A stretch of DNA of 62,429 nt from a virus (Duplodnaviria; Caudoviricetes): IMG/VR virus record IMGVR_UViG_3300023174_000005, positions 1 to 62,429 of that record; one strand, 5' to 3'. The translations under genes and the position numbers were made by a program. Shown in pieces: positions 24,574-34,700 of this stretch; positions within the stretch are counted from its first letter, which is position 1; the number at the start of each line of letters is the position of its first letter. Below the pieces are notes generated by a model that was not told the DNA's origin, did no database searches, and worked only from the letters and a program-made list of their open reading frames with translations.

Positions 24574-25285
24574 ACGCAAGGTGGCTATTCTTTGCCCGTC
24601 TTATGATGGCAAGGTTGTTTGTGACTTTACAGTCACGATGGCTGTGATCTTTCAGCGTGCTGCGGTGGAAAGGCCTGACTTGGAGTTGAATCTTAACTTC
24701 TGGATGGGTGAGGCGCTGCTGCAAAAGGCTAGAAGCAATCTGTTTGGGGAAGCCTATGACGCGGGGGTGGACGATATTGTTTTCATTGATTCGGACCAGT
24801 CCTTTGATGCACAGGCTTTCTTTGATTTGATTGACCATCCCGTGGATGTTGTGGGTGTCCCTGTTCCGATGAAGGTGGACGAGGAGCGATACAACTTGCG
24901 TCCTGAAGATCCTTGGAAGCATAGATGGAACCCGTATGTGAATTTGTTAGAGGTCGAGTGCATTGGCACTGGATTCTTGCGCCTTTCTCGTGCGGCCATG
25001 ACGGCTGTTTGGGAGCAATCGACGCCTTACTTTGAGGACAAGCCTCGGCGCTTGATCTGTGATCTACAGATCATTGATGGGGGATTGATTTCGGAGGATG
25101 TGCAGCTTTGCAAGAAGCTAACGGATGCGGGGTTCAAGATCTTTGTTGATGTGGCTTACACGTGCGATCACTTCGGAGTGAGAAAATACCAAGGGGATTA
25201 CCAAGAGTTTTTAAGAAAGAAAATGGAAGATGCCAAGACCAAAACCACCGGAGCCACTGCTAGGAAGACAAGTGAGGATGTCTGA
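24560..25285 (+). CDS. Glycosyltransferase-like protein (GT-A fold)
   Basis: ILCPSY, ARSNL, VFIDSD (DxD), GTGFL, SEDxxLC, CxHxG. Confidence 0.75.
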   Translation: MNSIKRKVAILCPSYDGKVVCDFTVTMAVIFQRAAVERPDLELNLNFWMGEALLQKARSNLFGEAYDAGVDDIVFIDSDQSFDAQAFFDLIDHPVDVVGVPVPMKVDEERYNLRPEDPWKHRWNPYVNLLEVECIGTGFLRLSRAAMTAVWEQSTPYFEDKPRRLICDLQIIDGGLISEDVQLCKKLTDAGFKIFVDVAYTCDHFGVRKYQGDYQEFLRKKMEDAKTKTTGATARKTSEDV

Positions 25286-25493
25286 TAGACAGTGGATGAT
25301 TTTAAACCAGTTAGGCGGAGCGGAATGGCTTCGCAATTTGTTAGATAAAAAGGCACCAATGCCTAAGAAATATTATGACGTATTCACAAAATCAAAAGAA
25401 GCTGCAGTCCCAAGAGCCACAAAAAGCTTTGAGTCAAGAGGAGTTGATGGCGTGGTGGCCATTCACGAGACTAGACCCAAAGATGTTTCCTAA
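25230..25493 (+). CDS. Small putative DNA-binding (ribbon-helix-helix-like) protein
   Basis: MPRPKPP...RQVRMSDxQW...LGGAEWLR. Confidence 0.6.
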   Translation: MPRPKPPEPLLGRQVRMSDRQWMILNQLGGAEWLRNLLDKKAPMPKKYYDVFTKSKEAAVPRATKSFESRGVDGVVAIHETRPKDVS

Positions 25494-25535
25494 ACCAACC
25501 CAACGCGAGCAATCGCAATATGAAGAAAGTCCAAT

Positions 25536-26024
25536 ATGAAACGTAAAAATACAAAAACTGCAAAAGCTCGCTCATTTATGCAGAGTAATCCTGCCGCCTC
25601 GGTCAACGAGGTAGCAAATCGCTTCGGTTTAACCAAGCAATCCATTTATGTCTTGCGTAACACGATGAAGAAGGCGGGAGTTAATTTCCCTAAGAGGTCC
25701 GAGCAGTTAGCCACGCTTGCTCCGGCACCACTGGAAATTGAGATGTATGAAGACGAGGTAGACTCAACCCTTGACGCTCGGGCCGTGGAGTACGGCAAGT
25801 TTATCGAGGGCGCTGAAGTCATTCAGATGCTAAAACGTGTTGTACAGAATGCTTTGAACAATCGTGACAAGACGTTGGCACATGATCAGGCCGAATCTCT
25901 GGACATGATCTTGCACAAGGTTGGCCGCATCATCAACGGCAATCCTGATGTGATTGACCACTGGCTAGATATTGCCGGCTATGCCCAGTTGGTAGCGGAC
26001 CGCCTAAACGGCCGCATTCGCTAA
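25536..26024 (+). CDS. HTH plus DUF6378-like domain protein
   Basis: N-terminal helix-turn-helix; TLxxRxxxYG...HKxGRIxNG...DHWxDIAGYAxL. Confidence 0.75.
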   Translation: MKRKNTKTAKARSFMQSNPAASVNEVANRFGLTKQSIYVLRNTMKKAGVNFPKRSEQLATLAPAPLEIEMYEDEVDSTLDARAVEYGKFIEGAEVIQMLKRVVQNALNNRDKTLAHDQAESLDMILHKVGRIINGNPDVIDHWLDIAGYAQLVADRLNGRIR

Positions 26025-27890
26025 TTATTTGGCCTCACCCCAGCTCGGTCCGACTTCAACATCGCACCGACTGGGGATTTGCATATTCACGCACGTTGCC
26101 ATAATCTCTGCTGCACGCTGCGCTTCTTCTTTTGTCTTGACGCTTAATGCCAGTTCATCGTGAACCTGCAGCATGGGCATAATCCCCTCCCGAGCTAACG
26201 CCACCATTGCTGCCTTTGTCTGGTCGGCGGCTGACCCTTGGATAAGACGGTTCAAACCTTTGTAGGTGCCTGCGCGCTTGATCCGTTGGCCGTATTCAAT
26301 GACTGCTTGCTCACGGGGAAGGGCTTTGTTCACGCCCCACTCCATCGGCTCCCAAAGTGGGAACCGGCACTTGCGGCCGAGAAGGGTGCGAATGGATCCG
26401 TTGGATGCAGGATGCTCGATCCGTTTCATGACGGCGTTGACTGTGCCTTTTAGGAACGGAACATTTTGATGGAACTTATCAATAAGTTCCGACGCTTCCG
26501 TAACGTTCAAATCCAGTTGTGCTGCCAGTTTGTTCTTGCCCATGCCATACATCAGGCCAAGGCCAATGGTCTTGGCAGCTTTCCTGTTAATGCCTGCCAT
26601 CTCGGCAACCATCTGGTGAAAGTCGGTGTTGGGGTTCTCTTTGTAAGCAGAAACCATGGTATCGGCTCCGGGCAAATCAAGGAGCGAAGCGTAGTGGACC
26701 AAGAGGCGTGGCTCCTGTGAGGAGAAGTCATTTGAGGCCCACATCTCGCCGTCTTCTGGAAGAAACAGGCCGCGGACCATGGGCCCGATAATCTCGTGGC
26801 GGGCAGGGACTTGCTGCAAGTTGGGATTGGCCATGGACAGGCGGCCGGTGACGGTGCCGCCATCATCTGAGCGCATCTGGTTGACGTGCGGGTGGATACG
26901 GCCGGTCTTTTCACTGAAGTGAAGGTATGGCTGCAGGAAGGTGCTATGCGTTTTATTGGTCTCGCGCGCCTCGATGATCATCTTGGATAAGGGATGCTCA
27001 TGGTTTTCTAAGAAGACCTTGGTAAAGCTTGGAAGGCCGTTGTCTGTTTTGCTGTATTGAATGCCAAGGCGATCAAAGGCTGCAGCAATTGATTGAGCAG
27101 CCCAGATATCAATTTTGATGCCGGCCTGCTCTTTCATTTCTTTAAGCAATTCGTTTTCACGAACAACCATTTTGTCAATCAAAAGAGAGCACTTGTTGCG
27201 GTCAAACCGGATCCCGCGGGAGGTCATGTGGTGCAGGACAGGGAAGGCTTCTGTTTCAAGGTTGAAGATGGATTCCACTTCATCCTGACGCATGCGAATC
27301 TTGAATGCTTGCCAAAGTTTCAGTGTGAGCGCTGCATCCTGCTCAGCGTACTCTCCCACATACATGGCGGGTAGTTTCCAAAGTTCTTTTTTCGGATGGA
27401 CTCCGAAGTCTGCAGCGGCTTGTTTGAGCCCTTGCTCGGACTTGGCTTCTTGGAGGTAGTCGAATCCCAAGGCGTTGAGAGAATAGCTGAAACGGTTCTC
27501 GTCAAGAATTGGGGCAGCGAGCATGGTATCAACGATCCGTCCGTTGACCTTAAAACCACTTGCTTGTAGCCACCCCAAGTCATAGGCGGCGTTATGCATA
27601 ATCTTATCGGAAGGGTAAGCCAGTACGTCCGCAAGCCATCGTTCCACTCGTTTTTTGTCGAGATTTCCACCACCATGATGCGCCACCGGAAAATATCCAG
27701 ACCATCCATCGACGGCAAGGGCGTAGCCGACAACGAAACCGTCGTTCCTAGCCCATCCCGGGCCCATGGATTCCAAGTTGGGGTCGCATGTTTCAAGGTC
27801 AATTGCAATCTCTTTCGCTGTTGAAAGGTTTGGAAACACTTCCGGAGCCACCCATTCTGTTGGGGTGGGGAAAAGGGGAACTGTTTTCAT
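26025..27890 (-). CDS. polA: DNA polymerase family A with 3'-5' exonuclease
   Basis: DLET, HNAxYD, YAEQDA; TGRLS..PNLQQVP; DFSSQEPR; KTIGLGLMYG; QVHDEL. Confidence 0.96.
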   Translation of the reverse strand: MKTVPLFPTPTEWVAPEVFPNLSTAKEIAIDLETCDPNLESMGPGWARNDGFVVGYALAVDGWSGYFPVAHHGGGNLDKKRVERWLADVLAYPSDKIMHNAAYDLGWLQASGFKVNGRIVDTMLAAPILDENRFSYSLNALGFDYLQEAKSEQGLKQAAADFGVHPKKELWKLPAMYVGEYAEQDAALTLKLWQAFKIRMRQDEVESIFNLETEAFPVLHHMTSRGIRFDRNKCSLLIDKMVVRENELLKEMKEQAGIKIDIWAAQSIAAAFDRLGIQYSKTDNGLPSFTKVFLENHEHPLSKMIIEARETNKTHSTFLQPYLHFSEKTGRIHPHVNQMRSDDGGTVTGRLSMANPNLQQVPARHEIIGPMVRGLFLPEDGEMWASNDFSSQEPRLLVHYASLLDLPGADTMVSAYKENPNTDFHQMVAEMAGINRKAAKTIGLGLMYGMGKNKLAAQLDLNVTEASELIDKFHQNVPFLKGTVNAVMKRIEHPASNGSIRTLLGRKCRFPLWEPMEWGVNKALPREQAVIEYGQRIKRAGTYKGLNRLIQGSAADQTKAAMVALAREGIMPMLQVHDELALSVKTKEEAQRAAEIMATCVNMQIPSRCDVEVGPSWGEAK

Positions 27891-29386
27891 ATTTTGAAGC
27901 CTTTTTCAATATGTTTGGGTAAAACTAAATGCAAGGTCTTTTTTGCGCGGGTTATTCCCACATAAAAGAGTCGGTGAACGTTATCCCCGTTAGTTGCGTA
28001 CTCTTTTGCAAACTTAGGGCTGAGGTCCATGAGCAGCAGCACATTATCCGCCTCCCCACCCTTGGCTCCGTGGATCGTGGACAGTTTGATCCGGCCCATG
28101 GTTGAAAGCTTTGTTCCGCGGCGCAGAACTGCGGTCAGGTAATCCCGCTTGTCTTCGCTGATGCGCGACAGGGATTGGTGCCAGATTGCATCGGTCTGCA
28201 GACCAAAGCCATTCTGCAGATCTTTAATGCTGTATTCAACCAGCGGGTCACCCTTGAAGGTCCGGTGTCCTCGGGCAATGAACTCCCCACCAATGTACTT
28301 GTAAACGTTTTTGATCGCATCGCCATACAGGAACTCCCCTTTGCGCAGCTTTTCCCACGTCTGTACGGCTTTTAAAAGAGGGTGGCTAAGGCTTGGTACC
28401 CCTGAGCGCTCAAAAAGGATTCCAGAGGCTCTGAGCCATTCATGTACAGGATTCAAAAGATAGTTGGTGCTGCCCATGATGAGCCATTGGCCGTCATCAA
28501 TGGGCACGTCCTCAAAGCGGTAGTAGGTCATGACAGCGCCCTCAAAGTCGCGGGGCTTCCATTCCTTTTCTTGGCGCTCATTAATTTGCTGCACAACTTT
28601 GTTAGCAAGCTTGTGAACGATAGCGGGGACGCGGTAGGACTGATCAAGAACGGTGATCTGGCCCTCAAATGACAGGAAGCTCTTGACATCTGCACCGGCC
28701 CACGTAAATACTGCCTGATCGTCGTCTCCGGCAAGGAATACCCGTTTCGATTTTTTAGCGAGGGATTCGACAAGCTGCCATTGCAGACGGGACAAATCCT
28801 GTGCTTCGTCAACAATCAGCACTTCAAGGGAAGGCAGGCGCTCAGGCTGCACCACAATCATTTCCAAAAGATCGGTGAAATCCAGTAGCTCTTTGCTACG
28901 TTTGTAGTGCCGATACGATCTTTCAACAAACTCAAAGTGATGCCATTCGATGTCGAGGCCGCACTGGTTGTAGTGCTCGCGAAGGTCTGAGCCGCGGATG
29001 CGGGCTAAGTTGATTTCGTTGAGGATGGGGTTGTCGGCCTTGGCCATGTCCACATCATCTTCTTGGACCACGTTCAATTGAATGCCGGCCTGTGCAGCAA
29101 ACTCTCGGTAATGCTCTGGCTTCATCATGTAGTCCACCTTGACGGCAAGGCAGTGGAAAGCCAAGCTATGCAGGGTTCGGAAATAGGGGAAGTCAGTGCG
29201 CGCATTGAGCGCGGGGAACTTGGCAATCGCGCGGTCCTTGGCCTCTGTTGCAGCTTTCTTGGTGAAAGAGAAGTAGCCAATTTGCATTGGCGACAGATCG
29301 GACGCCAACTCGCGGTCAACTACGTTTAGAAGGTATGTCGTTTTACCGGAGCCGGGCGGGCCAAAGACCTTGCGGATATTTGTCAT
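27887..29386 (-). CDS. UvrD/Rep-like SF1 helicase
   Basis: GPPGSGKT, VDEAQD, GDDDQA, STIHGAKGGE, YVGITRAK. Confidence 0.93.
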   Translation of the reverse strand: MTNIRKVFGPPGSGKTTYLLNVVDRELASDLSPMQIGYFSFTKKAATEAKDRAIAKFPALNARTDFPYFRTLHSLAFHCLAVKVDYMMKPEHYREFAAQAGIQLNVVQEDDVDMAKADNPILNEINLARIRGSDLREHYNQCGLDIEWHHFEFVERSYRHYKRSKELLDFTDLLEMIVVQPERLPSLEVLIVDEAQDLSRLQWQLVESLAKKSKRVFLAGDDDQAVFTWAGADVKSFLSFEGQITVLDQSYRVPAIVHKLANKVVQQINERQEKEWKPRDFEGAVMTYYRFEDVPIDDGQWLIMGSTNYLLNPVHEWLRASGILFERSGVPSLSHPLLKAVQTWEKLRKGEFLYGDAIKNVYKYIGGEFIARGHRTFKGDPLVEYSIKDLQNGFGLQTDAIWHQSLSRISEDKRDYLTAVLRRGTKLSTMGRIKLSTIHGAKGGEADNVLLLMDLSPKFAKEYATNGDNVHRLFYVGITRAKKTLHLVLPKHIEKGFKI

Positions 29387-29610
29387 GGTTCCTCACGCAC
29401 TAAAACTTCAGCGTGGGTTTCAATCCATACGTGAGCGCCACAGGACAAGGCCTTGTCTGGGCTGTAGACAACTTTAGAAGGGCCAACAATTTCTACGCTG
29501 TGCGCATATCTGTTGTCCTTGTATGTTTTAACAGTCAGCACAGGATCATTGGTCCCGTTTTTCTTGTTGGCTTTTACAACGTGTTGGTTGACATGAATGA
29601 TTGTTTTCAT
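29383..29610 (-). CDS. Conserved hypothetical phage protein
   Basis: IHVNQH...PVLTVK...LSCGAxVWIET. Confidence 0.75.
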   Translation of the reverse strand: MKTIIHVNQHVVKANKKNGTNDPVLTVKTYKDNRYAHSVEIVGPSKVVYSPDKALSCGAHVWIETHAEVLVREEP

Positions 29611-29855
29611 AAGTCATACTCCTCATCCCACAGGTCGTCGGGCCACACAAGGATAGGGGAATCGGGGCCCATGTAAGCGCCCTCGATATTGAACTCAATG
29701 TATTCGCGCGCTTCGTCAGCTTCCATGTTGTCGCGCTCCATAAGCGTTGTGCGAATGGCTTCTGCGTCGTATACCAAAACATAAATGCGTGTGCCGTTGC
29801 CCCAGACAAGTGCAGGGCCGAGAACGGCATCGTCGTGTCCATCAATTTTTAACAT
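29607..29855 (-). CDS. Conserved hypothetical phage protein
   Basis: DGxDDAxxG...EAxEYxEFNIxGAYxG. Confidence 0.75.
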   Translation of the reverse strand: MLKIDGHDDAVLGPALVWGNGTRIYVLVYDAEAIRTTLMERDNMEADEAREYIEFNIEGAYMGPDSPILVWPDDLWDEEYDL

Positions 29856-31387
29856 CAGAATGGGCTCCCTATGGTGCGTTTGGTTTGTGATTCAAAAGGT
29901 GCATCCTGTTTCTGAAAGCGCGGAATACGCCAGCAGCGCACAGTACGGCCTTTAAGGAATAGCGGGATGGGCTCTCCACCCATATCGCGAAGGCGCTGAG
30001 CCATCTTCGGAGCCGTCAGGCCAATGAAGTTGTTACGCTTCAGGTGTGCTTCGAGGTCCTTGATCCGGAAGTAGGTTTTCGCTTCATCGATATCCGTCCA
30101 TGGGCGGCCCATGAGCATCTCTTCGCGATCCATTGCTTCTTGCATGTGCGTTGTGAATTCTTCAAGCAGATCCATGAAGCGGCCAGTGATGCTTGTGTCC
30201 TCTGGTGCGTCGGTGATTTGCTCTGTCTCCACCATCTCTTTGAGAAGGGCGTTGAGCATCTGTTCCCAATCTTGCTTGCGCAAAGTGGGAGGCAAGACGT
30301 TTAGTTTTTCTAAACAAGCTTTTTGGAAAGCCACTTGCGTGAAGAGGCTCTCGGTATCGAGTTCTACTCTGCGGCCATTGACATCCAAGAACCACAGAGG
30401 TGGCTCACTGGCGTACTTGGACAGGGCTGCTATCTGAGGCGCATCAGGACCATTGGTTCCGATGCCAAATTTACGTGATCGACATAGGCCCGAGTTGCAA
30501 AAGCTATTGAGCGGCGCGTCTTTGCACTTATAAAGGTATTCTTTCTTGCCAACTTGTTTAACAAGAATTTGGACTTCATTGTTAGGCAGGGGCGGGGATA
30601 CGTATTTGAAGTTGTATTCGACCATCTTGTCTTCCCAAGCAGCGGGGAATGCGCGCTTAAGAAAGACTCCAATGTTGAATAGTCCATTATTACGGGTGCC
30701 CTCGGGAAAGCCTTGGGCGCACAAAGCTTGTAGGCAAGGCGGACCATCTTTGACGGGACTCTCCGCTTGCTTCGGCGGCTCTGGAACAATGAGCGGCAAC
30801 TCTTGGACGGCCGCTTCATAGAGTTCATAGAACTCTTCAAGTGTGGCTGCGGACCCGTCGGCATTGAATGCATACCGCGTCCCGTTGTCGCCCCCGAAGT
30901 ACGGTAAGTTGAGAAAGTTTCCGGTGTCGCCTCGTTCAACCAAGATCTCTGATTGCTTAGGAAAAATCTCACGGCCCGCTTCACCGAGGAGAGCTGCCGC
31001 ATTTTTGAGATATTCTTGGAATTCCCGAGCCGGAGCCGGCTCCCTAGAAAATAAGAAGACATGTGCTCCTCCAGATTTACTACGGCAGACAACCATTGGC
31101 AGCTTTAGCTGCGCAACCTTTTCCACCAAGCCTTTATGGTCCAAAGGGTACTGGTCAATATCGATGCAGCCCCAAATACAAGTGTTATCGGCACGAATAG
31201 GAATAATGCCAAGGGAAGGGTCAACACCATCAAGATGTTGTACCCATAGGTCATCGGTTGGTGGTTTTCTAACCACCGTGGCTTGTCCTGCTTGCTTGCC
31301 ATCACCGCGCTCCTTGTTTATACGGTAGGTTCCGTAAGCTATATCCAGACCGCTGAATATCGCTTTGAATTTTGTTATATCGGTCAT
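29855..31387 (-). CDS. Archaeo-eukaryotic-type primase with PriCT-like domain
   Basis: WGCIDID, RSKSGGAH, GNFLNLPY, PPCL...EGxRNNxLF. Confidence 0.88.
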   Translation of the reverse strand: MTDITKFKAIFSGLDIAYGTYRINKERGDGKQAGQATVVRKPPTDDLWVQHLDGVDPSLGIIPIRADNTCIWGCIDIDQYPLDHKGLVEKVAQLKLPMVVCRSKSGGAHVFLFSREPAPAREFQEYLKNAAALLGEAGREIFPKQSEILVERGDTGNFLNLPYFGGDNGTRYAFNADGSAATLEEFYELYEAAVQELPLIVPEPPKQAESPVKDGPPCLQALCAQGFPEGTRNNGLFNIGVFLKRAFPAAWEDKMVEYNFKYVSPPLPNNEVQILVKQVGKKEYLYKCKDAPLNSFCNSGLCRSRKFGIGTNGPDAPQIAALSKYASEPPLWFLDVNGRRVELDTESLFTQVAFQKACLEKLNVLPPTLRKQDWEQMLNALLKEMVETEQITDAPEDTSITGRFMDLLEEFTTHMQEAMDREEMLMGRPWTDIDEAKTYFRIKDLEAHLKRNNFIGLTAPKMAQRLRDMGGEPIPLFLKGRTVRCWRIPRFQKQDAPFESQTKRTIGSPF

Positions 31388-31405
31388 GCTTCACTCTATA
31401 AAGGT

Positions 31406-31472
31406 GGGGGTACCGGAATGACAAGTCGTCTGCAAGCTTTCTAAAAAGCATACCTTGTCAAACTTTCCCCCC
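31406..31472 (-). other. Intergenic multi-stem hairpin upstream of the primase
   Basis: G5/C5 outer stem, TGACAAG/CTTGTCA middle stem, GCTTT/AAAGC inner stem. Confidence 0.5.
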
Positions 31473-31477
31473 GGTAA

Positions 31478-32245
31478 TCAGAACGGGACGTCGTTAGCGT
31501 TTGGTGCGCTCTCGTGCTCGTGCTTAACCTTTACTTCGCCTGAACCAACAGAAGCAGAGAAGGACTTGGCAGCCTTGTATGCATTCATGTCTTCAACGGG
31601 ACCAATCTTCTCCACTTCCCAACCAAACCATTTGCCCTTGTCATTAGACTCGGCCTGTGTCGTCAGGCGATACACCTGTGAGTACATCGGAGGAGTGAAG
31701 GGGCCGTTGGCTCCCATCATCTTTGTGGACATCATCATGCTGTTCCACTTGCGCGACTTCTTCAGTTGCGTTGACTTCATGGTAATCAATGCAGGCTCAG
31801 GAATACCAGAGTCGCCAATGATCATCACGTAGTGGTTTGCAGTGTTCTCGATGTAGTTGCCGTTATCGAGATAGTCCTTGTTGTCGCCCGGTTCGCGGTG
31901 CGTGCGGCTTAGGATGTCAGACGTGGCGGGATAGATATTCATTGGCGCGCCAGAGCCTGAACCACGTGGAGCCCACTCAATGTACTGACGTACATAAGCG
32001 ACTGGCAACACGGTGATGCCTTTTTTGCCGTCATACAACTGACCCGTGACGCTGTTGAGGATCATGCCGGGCAAAGCGCCGTCGATCTCACCTACTTCAG
32101 GGCTTGTATTTGTTAAAAGCTTTAAGAAGGGCAGGGCAAAATCGTCCTGACTCATGTTCTCAAAACCACTTTGAGCGTCCTGCTCAAAGTCACCTGCCAA
32201 TGCCAATGCGTTGGTCTCTTTTACTGCTACTTCGTTCTTAGCCAT
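31478..32245 (-). CDS. Putative single-stranded DNA-binding protein
   Basis: Replication-module position; SSB-like tail NDVPF; MKSTQLKKSRKWNS motif. Confidence 0.6.
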   Translation of the reverse strand: MAKNEVAVKETNALALAGDFEQDAQSGFENMSQDDFALPFLKLLTNTSPEVGEIDGALPGMILNSVTGQLYDGKKGITVLPVAYVRQYIEWAPRGSGSGAPMNIYPATSDILSRTHREPGDNKDYLDNGNYIENTANHYVMIIGDSGIPEPALITMKSTQLKKSRKWNSMMMSTKMMGANGPFTPPMYSQVYRLTTQAESNDKGKWFGWEVEKIGPVEDMNAYKAAKSFSASVGSGEVKVKHEHESAPNANDVPF

Positions 32246-32260
32246 TTTAATTTCCTTAGA

Positions 32261-32815
32261 TCATGCTGATTTGATAGTTGCTTTTTGGCCCACGTATGCG
32301 CCAAATAGCTCGGTTGGGAACTCGTTGCCGCGTTCCACTTGCTCTCGAACCCAAGCTTTCAAGGTCTGGGGCTCGATTTTCTGCGCTTGCTCAACTGGAT
32401 AGTTTTTCTCGCGCAGATCGCTCAGTAATGTGTCGCACAGTTGGTCTTCACCACGACCAAAACGTACTGACACAGTGTTCTTAATGATGTCGTCAAAGCC
32501 ATGCTCACGCAGCCACTCATAGGCTTGAGCGCGCTTTTCTTCCTTGATGCTTGCGCTGTAGAAAGGCTTGATGTCGATCTGACTGCCATCAGCCATCTTG
32601 AACGATTTCATGCCAAGCTCATCAAGCATCGCAGGGATCGTATCTTCTAGAAGCTTGCGCTGCTGCTCTTTACGTTCCTTGAGGACGTCTTCGATGTCAT
32701 CAATCTCTTTTTCCAATTCCTTGGCACGTTTAGCCAAAGCACCAACTGAGGACAGGTCCTCGTTCTTGACTTGAAGCGCGCCTGCGTCTTCTTCAAAAAT
32801 GCTAACGTTACTCAT
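32261..32815 (-). CDS. Conserved replication-module protein (start MSNVS)
   Basis: Coiled coil, IPxM, AYEWLRxxGxDDIIKN, PQTLKAWVRE. Confidence 0.75.
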   Translation of the reverse strand: MSNVSIFEEDAGALQVKNEDLSSVGALAKRAKELEKEIDDIEDVLKERKEQQRKLLEDTIPAMLDELGMKSFKMADGSQIDIKPFYSASIKEEKRAQAYEWLREHGFDDIIKNTVSVRFGRGEDQLCDTLLSDLREKNYPVEQAQKIEPQTLKAWVREQVERGNEFPTELFGAYVGQKATIKSA

Positions 32816-33158
32816 CTCTTTCTCCATTCTCTGTGATATCAATTTTAACTGGGATATACATCTTCTCACGACGGTCCCACTTTAAAACACTAAAACGGCC
32901 TGAGTTGTATGCTGCAGCAATTGCGCATGCAAGCCCGATGGCCACTGGGTCTCCGGCTAACAGCAGAAAGTCACGATCAGAAAAGTTGCGAAGCTTGCGC
33001 TTTAGCAGCCTGACTGTCGGTACTGTAGAAAATGCAATCTGGACATTTGACGGCAGTAACACCGTTGGGTCTCCAAATTTCATTGCCCCTGCAATATCAT
33101 GATTTGGCATCTCTTGTACGACGTACACCAGAGGGAAATGCTCATTAGTTGTTGACAT
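32808..33158 (-). CDS. Conserved hypothetical protein
   Basis: VYVVQE...DFLLLxGDP...LKWDR; AGAAAGGATAG RBS. Confidence 0.75.
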   Translation of the reverse strand: MSTTNEHFPLVYVVQEMPNHDIAGAMKFGDPTVLLPSNVQIAFSTVPTVRLLKRKLRNFSDRDFLLLAGDPVAIGLACAIAAAYNSGRFSVLKWDRREKMYIPVKIDITENGERDE

Positions 33159-33219
33159 GTTTTACGCTATCCTTTCTTTAAACGTGCATTTAGTGTACAC
33201 TATGTTTTGGGTGTGTCAA
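33159..33219 (-). promoter_or_regulatory. Promoter of the leftward replication operon
   Basis: TTGACA-16 nt-TACACT; AGAAAGGATAG. Confidence 0.7.
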
Positions 33220-33248
33220 CACCTTTTTAAAAAGAAAGTGAGAAAGAT

Positions 33249-34700
33249 ATGGATTATTTTTTAAACCAGTACCCGTTCAAGAACAAACCGTTCGTCCACC
33301 AAGCTGCATTTCTGCAGCGCTTCTGGGAGGACAGAGAAGTTGCATTGTTTGCAGAGATGGGTACGGGCAAGAGCTTTATGCTCATCAACAACGCAGCCAT
33401 GCTATACGACAAGGGCAAGATCAACTCTATGCTTATCGTAGCGCCAAAAGGGGTATATCGCAATTGGTATACATCCGAATTGCCAAAGCATATGCCTGAT
33501 CACGTTCCCACAACAGTGGCTTGCTGGTCGCCTACGCCGCGTAAAGCGGAGCGCGAAGAGATGGACAAGATGATGAATGCAGTGGACACCATGCGCATTC
33601 TGATCATGAACATTGAAGCGTTCAGCACAGAGAAGGGTGTAGCCCATGCGCGCACGTTCCTCAGAGTGACAAATGCATTCATGGCAGTCGATGAAAGCAC
33701 AACCATCAAGACGCCATCAGCCAAGCGCACCAAGAGCATTATCAAGGTGGCCCGTGATGCGCGGTACAGGCGTATTGCAACAGGCTCCCCTGTCACTAAG
33801 TCACCGCTTGATCTGTACAGCCAGTGCGAGTTCCTCGGGCCGGAATGCTTGAATAGCTACAGCTACTACGCATTCCAAGCACGCTACGCCATTCTGGTGG
33901 AGCGCAAGATGCCGACACATACGTTCAAACAGATTGTGGGCTACAGACACTTGGATGAGTTGCAGCAAAAGCTCAACCGCTTCTCATTTCGCGTGACCAA
34001 GGATGAATGCTTGGACCTGCCTGACAAGGTGTTTGTGCGTCGTGAGATTGAACTCACTAAGGAGCAGACAACGTACTACAACCAGATGAAGCTGATGGCG
34101 CTTGCTCTGATTGATGGCAACCTGATGTCTACCAACAACGCGCTGACTCAGATCATGCGGCTGCACCAGATTTGCTGTGGCCACGTGAAGTTTGATAATG
34201 GGGAGCAGATTGATATCCCAAATAATCGTGTGAACGAATTGATTGCTACGCTTGCAGAATGTAGTGGGAAAGTAATCATTTGGGCCAACTATCGGCGCGA
34301 CATAGAAAACATCCGGCTGGCCATTCAAAAAGAATATGGCATGACTTCTGTAGCTACATACTACGGCGACACCGAAGCCGAAGATCGCCAAGAGATCGTG
34401 ACCCAGTTTCAGGACCCCAACTCTGACTTGCGTTTCTTTGTTGGCAATCCAAGCACAGGCGGCTACGGCATTACCTTGACAGAGGCAAAGACTGTGATTT
34501 ACTACAGCAACAGCTTTGACTTGGAAAAGCGCCTGCAGTCAGAGGATAGAGCGCACCGTATCGGACAGACAGACAAGGTGACCTACATCGACTTTGTATC
34601 GCCCAACACCGTGGATGAACACATCGTCAAAGCGCTGCGTAACAAAATCAATATCGCAAGCGCTGTGCTTGGCGAAGAAATTAAAGAATGGATCAAATGA
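33249..34700 (+). CDS. SNF2-family (SF2) helicase
   Basis: EMGTGKS, VDEST, TGSPV, GGYGITL, QSEDRAHRIGQ. Confidence 0.93.
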   Translation: MDYFLNQYPFKNKPFVHQAAFLQRFWEDREVALFAEMGTGKSFMLINNAAMLYDKGKINSMLIVAPKGVYRNWYTSELPKHMPDHVPTTVACWSPTPRKAEREEMDKMMNAVDTMRILIMNIEAFSTEKGVAHARTFLRVTNAFMAVDESTTIKTPSAKRTKSIIKVARDARYRRIATGSPVTKSPLDLYSQCEFLGPECLNSYSYYAFQARYAILVERKMPTHTFKQIVGYRHLDELQQKLNRFSFRVTKDECLDLPDKVFVRREIELTKEQTTYYNQMKLMALALIDGNLMSTNNALTQIMRLHQICCGHVKFDNGEQIDIPNNRVNELIATLAECSGKVIIWANYRRDIENIRLAIQKEYGMTSVATYYGDTEAEDRQEIVTQFQDPNSDLRFFVGNPSTGGYGITLTEAKTVIYYSNSFDLEKRLQSEDRAHRIGQTDKVTYIDFVSPNTVDEHIVKALRNKINIASAVLGEEIKEWIK

